Source: Candidatus Latescibacterota bacterium (lineage in GTDB: Bacteria; Latescibacterota; UBA2968; UBA8231). Taken from it: DNA of 64,000 nucleotides. Below are positions 1 through 9,009 of the stretch, one piece after another (the stretch's first letter is position 1; every line of letters starts with the position of its first letter). The position numbers and the translations under genes are program-made. The notes beneath the pieces were generated by a model that saw only the letters and a program-made list of their open reading frames with translations, was not told where the DNA came from and did not search any database. The stretch spans positions 4,384,001 through 4,448,000 of the forward strand of contig OZ242005.1 of assembly GCA_965204725.1 (NCBI GenBank), in the 5' to 3' direction.

Positions 1-1
1 C

Positions 2-232
2 AAAACCTACGGCCGCAAGAAGGCCCTCGTTTTTACCTCGACCAAACCGGACATCTACACTTCAGCCGATATTCCCGAGGCGGACCGGGCCGGAGTGCAG
101 GAGTTCGAGTTTGACTACCCGGCCTCGTCGCTGGAGCGCCAATGCAGCTTACAGGTGCTCTATCGGCAGGACGCGATGTTGGCCAACCGCTGGCACTTAG
201 AGCGCACACACTTCCAGTGCGAATGGGATTGA
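2..232 (+). CDS. 3' end of an unidentified protein, truncated by the window start
   Basis: Frame 2 is open from the window start (KTYGRKKALVFTSTKPDIY...HFQCEWD) to TGA at 230-232, just before the RBS of the next gene. Not in the ORF track. Confidence 0.6.
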   Translation, partial: KTYGRKKALVFTSTKPDIYTSADIPEADRAGVQEFEFDYPASSLERQCSLQVLYRQDAMLANRWHLERTHFQCEWD

Positions 233-251
233 AAGGAAAGGAGCTTACGCG

Positions 252-848
252 ATGAGATACTGCGTTTTTGCCGCCCTGATAGCGGCTTTGGGGCTTTCGG
301 CCTGCGGCGGCCCGAGAGCCTTCACGCGCGGCGAGTACGGAGACCCAGAAGAGATCTCCATGCTCGACGACAAGTGGAACCAAAACGACATGCAGCTAGT
401 CGCCAAGAAGATGATCGGCTCGATGGAGACTTGGGCGGGGACACAGGCCCTCGCCGATCAGCCGCTCGTCATCTTGGAGATGCCGCGCAACCGGACCACC
501 GAGCACATCGACATGCAGGCCCTCTACGACCACGTCAAGACCGCGCTGATCCAGAGCGGGCAGTTTGGGTTTCTCGACAAGGCGGCGCGGCAAGAGATCG
601 CCGAAGAATACGAGTATCAAGGCTCGGGCTACGTGCGCCAAGACGAGGCCCAAGGGCCGGGCAACCAGCGCGGGGCGCGCTTCTTGCTCGGGGGGGTCAT
701 CACCTCAACCGTGCAGCAAGTCGGCAAAAACAAGGTTGTGTACTACAAGGCGACCTTTGAACTGACCGACATTGCGACTACCCAGATCGTCTGGACCGAT
801 CACAAGGAAATCACCAAGCACTTTCAGAAAAAGAGCATCGGCTTCTAG
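252..848 (+). CDS. lpoB: Penicillin-binding protein activator LpoB-family lipoprotein
   Basis: Lipobox LSAC, NRTTEHID motif, C-terminal IVWTDHKEITK; GGAG RBS upstream. Confidence 0.75.
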   Translation: MRYCVFAALIAALGLSACGGPRAFTRGEYGDPEEISMLDDKWNQNDMQLVAKKMIGSMETWAGTQALADQPLVILEMPRNRTTEHIDMQALYDHVKTALIQSGQFGFLDKAARQEIAEEYEYQGSGYVRQDEAQGPGNQRGARFLLGGVITSTVQQVGKNKVVYYKATFELTDIATTQIVWTDHKEITKHFQKKSIGF

Positions 849-865
849 GGAAAGGAGCACGGAGC

Positions 866-1408
866 ATGAGACGCATTGCACTGATCGCCCTGCTGGTGCT
901 GGCCGTTGGGGCGCAGGCCGCGACCCCGGGGCGCACCGACGGGCTCGAAGGCAGCGAGTACGGCAAAGGCGGGTATAAGCACGGAGCGCAGTATGGCCGC
1001 TTCTACACCGAGGGTTTTTTGGGGGCGGCCATGGTGGAGCAGTCGGAGGGCGATTCGGACGCCGAGACCGATCTCGTCTTAGGGCTTAACGGCGGCTACC
1101 GGGTTGAGGACTGGCTGGCCTTCCAGTTGGGCTTTGCCCGCATATTGGAGCAAAACATCAACCTCTATTCCGGCGGGGTGCGCTCGGCCTATGTCAATCG
1201 GCCGTTCAACTACTATTTCTCGCTCGACGCCGAGCTATACTCGCCCGAGGGCGGCGACACTCGCTTTGGAATCGCCCCCGGCGTTGGGGTTGAGGTGGTT
1301 CTAAACGACTACCTGCGGACGGGCTTGCGCTTCCAGCGCGACTTTATCTTTGCCGACGACACGATCCACATCAACCGCTTTACCGCGAAGATACAGGTAG
1401 ATTTTTAG
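866..1408 (+). CDS. Small outer-membrane beta-barrel protein
   Basis: Signal peptide, amphipathic beta-strands, terminal Phe (KIQVDF). Confidence 0.65.
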   Translation: MRRIALIALLVLAVGAQAATPGRTDGLEGSEYGKGGYKHGAQYGRFYTEGFLGAAMVEQSEGDSDAETDLVLGLNGGYRVEDWLAFQLGFARILEQNINLYSGGVRSAYVNRPFNYYFSLDAELYSPEGGDTRFGIAPGVGVEVVLNDYLRTGLRFQRDFIFADDTIHINRFTAKIQVDF

Positions 1409-1432
1409 CGCCTCAAAGCCGGGAGGTCCTCC

Positions 1433-2887
1433 GTGAGCAACAATTCCTACCCGTACGATCTCGTCTGCATTGGCAGCGGCCCGGCCGGGCAGCGCGCCGC
1501 CATTCAAGCGGCCAAGTTGGGCAAAAAAGTCGCCGTGGTCGAAAAGCAGGAAATTGTCGGCGGGGTCTGCATTGAGACGGGCACGATTCCCTCCAAGACT
1601 TTCCGCGAAGCGGTGCGGCGCGCCTATTCGCGCCCCGGCTTGGAGGCCCACGAGCGGTTCCGTCCCCGAGCGCGGCCGACCATGCAGCAACTGGTCGGCC
1701 ACGTTGAGCGCGTCATTGAGCGCGAGATCTTCGTCGTGCAAGAAAACCTAGCGCGCAACGACATCGAAGTCATTCGGGGCCGAGCCTCTTTTGTCGATCC
1801 GCACACCTTGGCGGTTGAAGCCTTTAAGGGCCAGCGCGAATTGTCGGTCGATAAGGTGCTCATCGCCGTGGGGACCCGTGCCAGCAGCCCGCTCGACCTG
1901 TCGCCGGACGGCCAGACGATTATGACCTCAGACCACGTCCTCGACTTGGCGCACTTGCCGCGCACCATCGCCGTGGTCGGCGCTGGGGTCGTCGGCATTG
2001 AGTACGCGTCGATGTTTGCGGCGTTGGGGGTTCAGGTGACGGTCATTGACCGCCGCCCGCGCCCGCTTGAGTTCCTCGACCACGAGATCGTCGATGAACT
2101 CATCCACCAGATGCGCAAGGCCGATGTGATCTTTCGCTGCGGGGAAGCGGTCGAGCACATCAAGGTGGTCGCGGTGCCCCAGCCCAAGGGCCTCATCGAA
2201 CTAGAATCGGGCAATCACATCGTCGCCGATGTGGTGCTGTTTTCCGCGGGCCGCACCGGCGACACCGACGCGCTCAACCTCGAAGCCGTGGGCTTGCAAG
2301 CCGATGAACGCGGGCGTCTGAAGGTGGATGAGCACCTCTGCACAGGGGTGGACAATATCTACGCGGCGGGCGATGTCATCGGCTTTCCCGCGCTAGCGGC
2401 TACCTCCAGCGAGCAGGGCCGCTTGGCCGCGTGTCACATGTTCGGGGTGGATGCCCAGCCGATGGGCAGCCACTTTCCCGTGGGCATCTACGCGATTCCA
2501 GAAATTTCCATGGTGGGAGCTACGGAGGCCGAGCTCACGCGCGAGCGCGTGCCTTACGAAACGGGCATCGCCCACTACAAGGAGATCTCGCGCGGGCAGA
2601 TCCTCGGCGACGACTCCGGCATGGTCAAGCTGATTTTCCACCGCGAGGACGGACGTCTTCTCGGAGCGCACTGCATTGGCTCGGGTGCGACCGAGTTGGT
2701 TCACGTGGGACAGGCGGTGTTGGGGCTGGGCGGCGGCCTTGATTACTTCATTCGCACGGTGTTCAATTACCCCACTTTAGCCGAGTGCTATAAAGTGGCG
2801 GCCTTCAACGCGGCCAACAAGCTCGCCTTAGTCCGCAGTGCGGTCATAACGCAAGAGACCGCTACGGCCATCGCGGTGGGAGGATGA
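1433..2887 (+). CDS. sthA: Soluble (Si-specific) pyridine nucleotide transhydrogenase
   Basis: GSGPAG FAD motif, GGVCIETGTIPSKT with a single Cys, GAGVVG NAD motif, C-terminal VFNYPTLAECYKVAAFN typical of SthA/UdhA. Confidence 0.9.
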   Translation: MSNNSYPYDLVCIGSGPAGQRAAIQAAKLGKKVAVVEKQEIVGGVCIETGTIPSKTFREAVRRAYSRPGLEAHERFRPRARPTMQQLVGHVERVIEREIFVVQENLARNDIEVIRGRASFVDPHTLAVEAFKGQRELSVDKVLIAVGTRASSPLDLSPDGQTIMTSDHVLDLAHLPRTIAVVGAGVVGIEYASMFAALGVQVTVIDRRPRPLEFLDHEIVDELIHQMRKADVIFRCGEAVEHIKVVAVPQPKGLIELESGNHIVADVVLFSAGRTGDTDALNLEAVGLQADERGRLKVDEHLCTGVDNIYAAGDVIGFPALAATSSEQGRLAACHMFGVDAQPMGSHFPVGIYAIPEISMVGATEAELTRERVPYETGIAHYKEISRGQILGDDSGMVKLIFHREDGRLLGAHCIGSGATELVHVGQAVLGLGGGLDYFIRTVFNYPTLAECYKVAAFNAANKLALVRSAVITQETATAIAVGG

Positions 2888-3028
2888 GGATCATCGTCGG
2901 TCTCGGGAGCGGGAGCGGCGTATGGGGCGTCGCGGCTGGCGTGGTCGGCGGGCTGGGTAGGTTGAATTGTGTTTTTTGTGCGTGGATTGGGCTTTTTTTC
3001 AATTCATTCTAACTAAGGAGGCGTGGTG

Positions 3029-3577
3029 ATGGCGTCGGCGGCAATGAATTCGGGTGATGCTCGGGCAGAGTTGGAGCGGCGGGGTGTTGAATTTTCAGCA
3101 GATGCGTTTGTTTCAGCGGCGGGTCGGGGCGAGTTGGCGGTTGTCAAGTTGTTTGTGGAGTCGGGTATGTCGGTTGAGACCGCCAACGAGTACGGTTTCA
3201 CGGCGTTGCATTGGGCGGCGTCTTGGGGTCATTTGGAGGTGGTTCGTTTTTTAGTGGAGGATCGGGGTGCGGATGTGAATGCGCGGGAGGCCCGTGGTTG
3301 GACGGCTCTGCTCGGGGCGGCTCGTTTTGGGTATCTAGAGGTGATTCGTTTTTTGGTTGAGAAGCATGGTGCGGATGTGCGGGCTATGACCGATGATGGT
3401 TTTACGGCGTTGCACTTGTCGGCTCGGGGCGGCTCGTTGGAGTTGGTCAAGTGGTTGGTGGCTCGGGGGTTAGATGCGGGGGCGGGGGCGGACCGCGGTG
3501 GCAAGACGGCGCGGGCCTTGGCGGAGGGGTCGGGTCATAGGGCGGTGGCGGATTATCTGGAGTCGGTGGGCGGGTAG
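3029..3577 (+). CDS. Ankyrin repeat protein
   Basis: About four ankyrin repeats (GFTALHWAASWGHLEVVRFLVE, GWTALLGAARFGYLEVIRFLVE, GFTALHLSARGGSLELVKWLV); AAGGAGG 7 nt before ATG 3029. Confidence 0.9.
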   Translation: MASAAMNSGDARAELERRGVEFSADAFVSAAGRGELAVVKLFVESGMSVETANEYGFTALHWAASWGHLEVVRFLVEDRGADVNAREARGWTALLGAARFGYLEVIRFLVEKHGADVRAMTDDGFTALHLSARGGSLELVKWLVARGLDAGAGADRGGKTARALAEGSGHRAVADYLESVGG

Positions 3578-3693
3578 GGAGCTATCTGTCTCTTGTTGGG
3601 CTGCGCTTGGTTGGGCTGGTTGGTGTGGTTTTTTAGGTTGGGGCGTCAAGCGCAGCAGGAGGCGTTCTGGGGCGCGAGAGGGCGGTTTGGACT

Positions 3694-3730
3694 AAAGACT
3701 TATTGAATAAGTCTTTTTTGTGCGTATAAA
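3694..3730 (+). promoter_or_regulatory. Perfect 11-bp-arm palindrome overlapping a putative sigma70 promoter
   Basis: AAAGACTTATT-G-AATAAGTCTTT (3694-3716); TTGAAT (3703-3708), 16 nt, TATAAA (3725-3730). Confidence 0.45.
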
Positions 3731-3753
3731 CTCATACACTGGGGATTTTAGCG

Positions 3754-3903
3754 ATGCGCTTTTTGTGGTGGCTTGTGGAGGTGCTGGGGCTGCTTTTGCT
3801 GCTGCTTTTGCTGGTGGTTTTTCTTGTAATTTTTCTTGTAATGTTTTGGGACCTGGTGTTGCCCAAGTTGTGGGAGGTGTTGCAGCGGCGGCTGGGGCTT
3901 TAG
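3754..3903 (+). CDS. Putative 49-aa single-pass membrane peptide (below the ORF-track cutoff)
   Basis: MRFLWWLVEVLGLLLLLLLLVVFLVIFLVMFWDLVLPKLWEVLQRRLGL; GGGGAT upstream; candidate promoter directly upstream. Confidence 0.4.
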   Translation: MRFLWWLVEVLGLLLLLLLLVVFLVIFLVMFWDLVLPKLWEVLQRRLGL

Positions 3904-4166
3904 CGGGTGCTTGGCGTGGGCTTGGCGCGGAGTTATCCACACGCCGCACGGCGCACCGGGGGGTGTCGGGGTTTGCACGAGTCGCTTTTGACGGCGGTGC
4001 TGGTGGAGTGCCAAACGCAACTCGACGAGGCGCGGGCGGAGGGGAACGATGGCTAAGCCGGAGTCTCAGGACGGCTTTCGGCGGGTGGGTCAAGACAGCG
4101 CGGGCGGCGCGTCATGCGTTGCTGTTGCGTTGGGCCGAGGGGGCGGGGTGATGCGCGGATAGAGTG

Positions 4167-4199
4167 ACGCGCACCGAGTCGCGAGTACCGGGTGCGCGT
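4167..4199. terminator. Hairpin between convergent genes
   Basis: ACGCGCACC (4167-4175) pairs with GGTGCGCGT (4191-4199); no clear U-tract. Confidence 0.35.
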
Positions 4200-4206
4200 A
4201 TGGGAA

Positions 4207-4668
4207 TTAGGGCTGGCTCAGATCGGGAGGCTGGCTCAGATCGGGAGGCTGGCTCAGATCGGGAGGCTCGTCGGGAGTAGCAGGCGCGGCTTGAGCAACC
4301 GGGGCTGCCGGAGCGACCGGCGTAGCTTGCGGCCACTTATTTACAGCAAGAACCCCCGCAGCAAGCCAAATAGAGACCAGAATACCTATAACCCAACAAA
4401 AATACTTGGATTGCTGGCGCACTTCGTCCTTCATCTCGGCGCGCAACTCCTTCGCCTCGGCGCGTAACTCCTTAATCGCCGTATCCATCGAGTCGCGCAC
4501 CTTCTCCCCCTCCTCTTTGGCGATAAGGCGCATCTCCGCAATCACCTTGTCAAACCGATCCTCCACCTTCTCAAACCGGGATTCTAAGATGGTGCCGATC
4601 AGTTCAATTTGCTCCTTGCTAAGGGTAGCGGAGCCTTGCTCTTGGCTCTCTGTGCGTGGCTCGCTCAT
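4207..4668 (-). CDS. Coiled-coil protein with one transmembrane helix and a Pro/Ala-rich tail (DUF1640/CCDC90-like architecture)
   Basis: ATG at 4668 overlaps the upstream TGA (ATGA); heptads ELRAEAKELRAEMKDEV; TM WVIGILVSIWLAAGVLAV. Confidence 0.6.
   Translation of the reverse strand: MSEPRTESQEQGSATLSKEQIELIGTILESRFEKVEDRFDKVIAEMRLIAKEEGEKVRDSMDTAIKELRAEAKELRAEMKDEVRQQSKYFCWVIGILVSIWLAAGVLAVNKWPQATPVAPAAPVAQAAPATPDEPPDLSQPPDLSQPPDLSQP
4211..4268. repeat. 18-bp tandem repeat x3, encoding PPDLSQ x3 on the minus strand
   Basis: GGCTGGCTCAGATCGGGA at 4211, 4229 and 4247, then a partial GGCT. Confidence 0.95.
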
Positions 4669-5543
4669 TGCACCACCAAAATCACCGCCAGCACCCCTAC
4701 GCCCACGCCCCAAACAGCCGCCCGACTGATCGGCTCTTTCCACAACAACGGGGCCGTTACATTGTCCAAAATGACGACGCCGCAGCCCACCAGTGGGAAG
4801 AATACCGTACCCGGCACTTGCTTGAGCGCGGTCAGGATGGCCATTAAGGCCAGCAGATTGTACACCCCGATACCGGCCCCTACCGCCAGATCAAAGCGCC
4901 GAATGCGTTGACGCGCCTCCCACAACAACGCGGTGGCGCCAATGGTCCCGGCGGTAAAGCCGATGACCATGAGCACTTGTAAGTACGCATCGTCCAAGCC
5001 GGCGTAATGCACCCAGCGCAGACAAGAGGCACTCATTCCCTGAATGCTAAACACCAATATCAGCAGCCCCGTGGCGATCCAGCGCGAAACACCGGTCTGA
5101 TGACCAGCGTGCCGCGACATCAAAAAAACGGCCCCCAACGCCAAGCCCAAGCCCACTAGTTGCAGGCCACTCAACGGCTCGTCCCACAGCAGGACGCCTA
5201 GCCCCACCGGCACGACGATGGCGAGGCGGAAAGCGGTCAACACCGAAGCCACGCGAAAGGTCCGCAACAAGCGCGTCATCAACAGCATGGAGCTAATAAA
5301 GACGGTGCCGGTGATCGCGCCGACCTTCACGGCGGCGGCTGGTACTTGCAGTTGGCCGGTGAATCCCAAGTAGAGCAGCAGAATGGAGGAGAGGACCCAA
5401 TAGTTGGTCGAGACTACGGTCGGGGCGTAGCAACGCTTTTGCGTGGCCCATTTGAACACCTGCCCAAAGCCGAATTCCATCAGCAGCGTCAGCAACAACC
5501 ACAAGAGCAGTCCCCCTTCCATACTCATCGGCCGATCCTCCAA
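4665..5543 (-). CDS. EamA/DMT-family transporter
   Basis: About ten hydrophobic helices in two halves, each ending in a W(D/K)EP motif. Confidence 0.8.
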   Translation of the reverse strand: MEDRPMSMEGGLLLWLLLTLLMEFGFGQVFKWATQKRCYAPTVVSTNYWVLSSILLLYLGFTGQLQVPAAAVKVGAITGTVFISSMLLMTRLLRTFRVASVLTAFRLAIVVPVGLGVLLWDEPLSGLQLVGLGLALGAVFLMSRHAGHQTGVSRWIATGLLILVFSIQGMSASCLRWVHYAGLDDAYLQVLMVIGFTAGTIGATALLWEARQRIRRFDLAVGAGIGVYNLLALMAILTALKQVPGTVFFPLVGCGVVILDNVTAPLLWKEPISRAAVWGVGVGVLAVILVVQ

Positions 5544-5651
5544 AAATTGGCATTCGCTCTACACCGGCTCCAAACTCCACGACCCCCTCTTTGCTGTCAA
5601 GCCGACGTGTTCGCCGCGCGGCCCTTTTCTTTTTTCGTCCCGCCGGGCGAC

Positions 5652-5688
5652 TGTCCGAAAATGAACAGTACGTGTTCAAAAGCGGACA
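5652..5688. promoter_or_regulatory. Paired enhancer (UAS) sites for a sigma-54 activator
   Basis: TGTCCGAAAATGAACA (5652-5667) and TGTTCAAAAGCGGACA (5673-5688), both TGT-N10-ACA and mutually inverted. Confidence 0.65.
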
Positions 5689-5742
5689 AAAATGCCCGGT
5701 CGCCAAAAACACAAATTAAGTAAAAACAACCACTTGTTAGTT

Positions 5743-5758
5743 TGGCACGGAATTTGCG
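5743..5758 (+). promoter_or_regulatory. Sigma-54 (-24/-12) promoter
   Basis: TGGCAC-GGAAT-TTGCG matches TGGCAC-N5-TTGC. IHF-like AAACAACCACTTG at 5724-5736 lies between it and the UAS. Confidence 0.85.
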
Positions 5759-5780
5759 TAAATAGTGGACAAGTGGAGGT

Positions 5781-7064
5781 ATGAAGCCCATGAACGCAAT
5801 GGATCGCCCCATAGATCCCGCCTTTCTACGACGCCAGCGCGGCAAGCGCGTCGCCTATTCCGCAATGGGACTGGCGGCCCTCATCTGGATCGCCGTTTGG
5901 TTGCCTAGTTGGATCAGGCCAGCGCTGGACCCCAACCGCATTCGCACCGCGCAGGTGCAGTGGGGCGCGGTAGAAGAGACGATTGCCGCTTCGGGCACGG
6001 TGGTTCCCCAGTTTGAGCAGATCATCTTCAGCCCCGTTAATACGCGGCTCGTGCGCATCCTGCAAAAGCCGGGGGCCATGCTGAAGCAGGGCCAGTTCAT
6101 CGTCGAGTTGGATTTGAACGCAGCGCGGCTCGAGGTCGAGAAACGGGCCGAAGAACTGGCCCTTACGCAAAACCGCCGGACCCAGCTCGAACTAGACAAA
6201 CGCAAAAAGCAGAGCGATTTGGAGACGCGCTGGCGGTTGAAAAACTTGGAATTTCAGCGTTTTAAGACCCGCACCGCCCAGCTTCGCCAGTTAAAGGGTA
6301 TCGGCGCAGTCTCCGGGGAAGAGCTGAGCCAAGCGCGGCTGCAAGAACAGCGCGCTGAGATTGAATTGCAGCAACTCCAAGCAGACCGGAGCAACCTCAT
6401 CGAATCCACCGAGGCGCAGTTGGAAGCCTTGCAATTGGAAATGAATATCCTCGAGCGCGAAGGCGAGGAGGCCCGCCGGCGCTTGGAGCGGGCCGTTATT
6501 CGGGCCGATAGAGACGGCGTCCTCACCGCGATTGCGCCCGAGGTCGGGGCTTCCATCCACCAAGGCCAAGAAATCGCCCGCATCGCCGACCTCAGCTCGT
6601 TCCGCGTCAATGTCACCGTTTCCGACATCCACGCCCGCCGGCTCCAAGAGGGGCTGTGGGTGCGCCTACGCATCAATGAGGAAGAGTACGTAAAGGGCCA
6701 CATCGCCCGCATCTTGCCCACGGTCGCCGGTGGGACCATCCAACTCGAAGTCGAGCTGGAGGATTCGGCGCACGCGCTGCTGCGGCCCAACCAGCGGGTA
6801 GATGCCTATATCGTCACGGCGCGCAAAGGCCGTGCCCTGCGCCTCAAGCGGGGGCCGTTCATCAACGGGCGGTCGGGACTCCACGAGGTCTTTGTGGTGC
6901 GCGGCCAAATTGCGGTGAAGACCGAGGTCCGCATTGGCATTGCCAACTTCGAGTACTACGAGGTGGAGGAGGGGTTACTCGATGGCGACGAGGTCATCAT
7001 CTCGGATGTGAAGGACTACCTGCATTTGGACGAAGTCCAGATCAAACAAAGGAGACTGCCATGA
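5781..7064 (+). CDS. Periplasmic adaptor subunit (MacA/HlyD-like)
   Basis: N-terminal TM, lipoyl-like halves flanking a long coiled coil, C-terminal [12 protein letters not shown]. True start may be 5790. Confidence 0.85.
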   Translation: MKPMNAMDRPIDPAFLRRQRGKRVAYSAMGLAALIWIAVWLPSWIRPALDPNRIRTAQVQWGAVEETIAASGTVVPQFEQIIFSPVNTRLVRILQKPGAMLKQGQFIVELDLNAARLEVEKRAEELALTQNRRTQLELDKRKKQSDLETRWRLKNLEFQRFKTRTAQLRQLKGIGAVSGEELSQARLQEQRAEIELQQLQADRSNLIESTEAQLEALQLEMNILEREGEEARRRLERAVIRADRDGVLTAIAPEVGASIHQGQEIARIADLSSFRVNVTVSDIHARRLQEGLWVRLRINEEEYVKGHIARILPTVAGGTIQLEVELEDSAHALLRPNQRVDAYIVTARKGRALRLKRGPFINGRSGLHEVFVVRGQIAVKTEVRIGIANFEYYEVEEGLLDGDEVIISDVKDYLHLDEVQIKQRRLP

Positions 7065-7726
7065 TTGAACTCAGAGGCATTGAAAAGGTGTACCGCACCG
7101 AGCAAGTTGAGACCCTCGCCTTGAGCAATGTCAATTTCACTGTTGACGAGGGGGAGTTCGTTTCGGTGATGGGGCCGTCCGGCTCGGGCAAGAGCACCCT
7201 GCTCAACGTCATCGGCCTCCTCGACGAGCCGACCGCTGGCGACCTGAGCCTGAACGGCCGCCCCATCCATTCCTACGCCGACCGCTTCTTGGCGCGCATC
7301 CGCAACGAGGAGGTCGGCTTCATCTTCCAGACCTTCCACCTAATCGCCGATTTGAATGTGGTCGATAACGTGGAGATTCCCCTGCTCTATCGCCGCGGGC
7401 TGTCGGGCAAGGCGCGGCGCACGATGGCACTGACCGCGCTGGAGCGGGTCGGGCTGAGTTCGCGGGTGCGGCACTTTCCGGCGCAACTGTCGGGCGGGCA
7501 GCAGCAGCGCGTGGCGGTGGCCCGGGCCATTGTCGCCCAACCGCACATCCTGCTGGCCGACGAGCCTACGGGCAATTTGGACAGCCAGATGGGCGACGAG
7601 ATCATGGGCATCATGCAACAGCTCAACGAAGAGGGCACCACCATCGTCATGGTGACGCACGACCAGCACTTGGCCGACCGCACCCAGCGCACGGTGCGGC
7701 TCTTCGACGGGCGTCAAGTCCAGTGA
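7061..7726 (+). CDS. ABC transporter ATP-binding protein (LolD/MacB-like)
   Basis: [35 protein letters not shown]. Confidence 0.95.
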   Translation: MIELRGIEKVYRTEQVETLALSNVNFTVDEGEFVSVMGPSGSGKSTLLNVIGLLDEPTAGDLSLNGRPIHSYADRFLARIRNEEVGFIFQTFHLIADLNVVDNVEIPLLYRRGLSGKARRTMALTALERVGLSSRVRHFPAQLSGGQQQRVAVARAIVAQPHILLADEPTGNLDSQMGDEIMGIMQQLNEEGTTIVMVTHDQHLADRTQRTVRLFDGRQVQ

Positions 7727-7734
7727 GGCCAATC

Positions 7735-9009
7735 ATGCTAAAAAACTACATCAAAATCGCCCTCAAGGTCCTGTTGCGGCGCAAGGGCTTTACCGCCATC
7801 AGCCTCTTTACCATCAGCTTTACGCTCATGGTGCTGATGGTGGCGACGGCCTTGTTCGACCACGTCTTTGGCTCCTTCCCACCGGAGACTCGGGCGGATC
7901 GCACACTCATCCTGAGATCGTTGAAATGGGGAAGCCCGGAGGAAAGCCTGCTCATCCAAGGGCCCAGTTACGCCTTTTTGGTCCGATATGTGTCCGTTTC
8001 CTCGCTGGCTCATGCGGAAAAGGTGTCCATTTCCCAGTCCGGCACCTCTACGGAAACGACGTTCCGCAACGGCGAGAAGATCGAATCCGAGTTCAAGTAC
8101 ACGGACGGGGCGTTCTGGGAGATCCTCGAATTCGACTTTCTCGCAGGCCGCCCCTATACAGAAAAGGAGGTCGAGGAGGCTCAGCGGGTGGCCGTGATCA
8201 ACGAGGCGACGCGCCGGGCGTTCTTCGGGAACGGTCGAGCCGTGGGGCAACATATCGAGGTCAAGGGACGCCCTTTTCGCGTAGTGGGGGTCGTGTCCAA
8301 CGTGCCGGCATTCCGCATGGTGCCCTTTGCCGATATCTGGGCGCCCGTCACCGCCCAAGAAACGGACGCGTACCGACGGTACGATGCGCCATTTGGTCAC
8401 TTTCAGGCGTTGATCTTGGCGCGCAGTGCGGCCGAAGTACCGCTTATCAAAGAGGAATTCGCCGATGTGCTCACCCGGGTCGAATATCCCAATCCCGACT
8501 ACACCAACCGCGTCACGGGCGGCCCCACAACGCTGTTTGAATCGGCTTTGAGTGTCGTGTTCGCCTTCAGTACGACAAACAGCGCCGACATGGCGACCCC
8601 GATGGCTGGCGTTCTGGCCTCGATCTTCATGCTGGCCTTGATCTTCATGCTCTTGCCGGTGGTCAGCTTGGTCAACATCAACGTCACCCGCATCTTGGAG
8701 CGCGCTTCTGAGATCGGCGTCCGCAAGGCATTCGGCGGGTCTTCGCTCACCTTGGTCGGGCAATTCGTGGTGGAAAACATCATTCTCACGCTCTTGGGCG
8801 GTGCCTTGGGACTGGTTTTTACTTTTCTCGTCCTGCAAGCGCTCGGCGCCAGCGACATTGTGCAATACGCCGAATTCCACCTGAACCATCGCATCTTCCT
8901 CTACGGCTTGGCCATGAGCCTAGTCTTCGGTCTGATTTCTGGCGTCTATCCGGCGTGGAAAATGTCGCGCCTGCATATCGTAGAGGCTCTCAGAAGGAGG
9001 AAGCAATGA
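7735..9009 (+). CDS. MacB/FtsX-type ABC permease
   Basis: MLKNYIKIALKVLLRRK start, periplasmic domain, ERASEIGVRKAFG, GVYPAWKMSRL. Confidence 0.9.
   Translation: MLKNYIKIALKVLLRRKGFTAISLFTISFTLMVLMVATALFDHVFGSFPPETRADRTLILRSLKWGSPEESLLIQGPSYAFLVRYVSVSSLAHAEKVSISQSGTSTETTFRNGEKIESEFKYTDGAFWEILEFDFLAGRPYTEKEVEEAQRVAVINEATRRAFFGNGRAVGQHIEVKGRPFRVVGVVSNVPAFRMVPFADIWAPVTAQETDAYRRYDAPFGHFQALILARSAAEVPLIKEEFADVLTRVEYPNPDYTNRVTGGPTTLFESALSVVFAFSTTNSADMATPMAGVLASIFMLALIFMLLPVVSLVNINVTRILERASEIGVRKAFGGSSLTLVGQFVVENIILTLLGGALGLVFTFLVLQALGASDIVQYAEFHLNHRIFLYGLAMSLVFGLISGVYPAWKMSRLHIVEALRRRKQ

Noticed and set aside
3933-3941. Perfect DnaA box TTATCCACA as a sign of oriC
   Set aside because: Single box; no cluster, AT-rich unwinding element or dnaA/dnaN nearby.
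4211-4268. Repeat as a CRISPR array
   Set aside because: Head-to-tail units with no spacers, inside a CDS; no cas genes in the window.
7738-8889. Long antisense or alternate-frame ORFs (for example 7738-8889, 28413-29408, 51316-52446, 62997-63611)
   Set aside because: They overlap well-supported genes, have no recognisable motifs and are expected shadows in GC-rich DNA.
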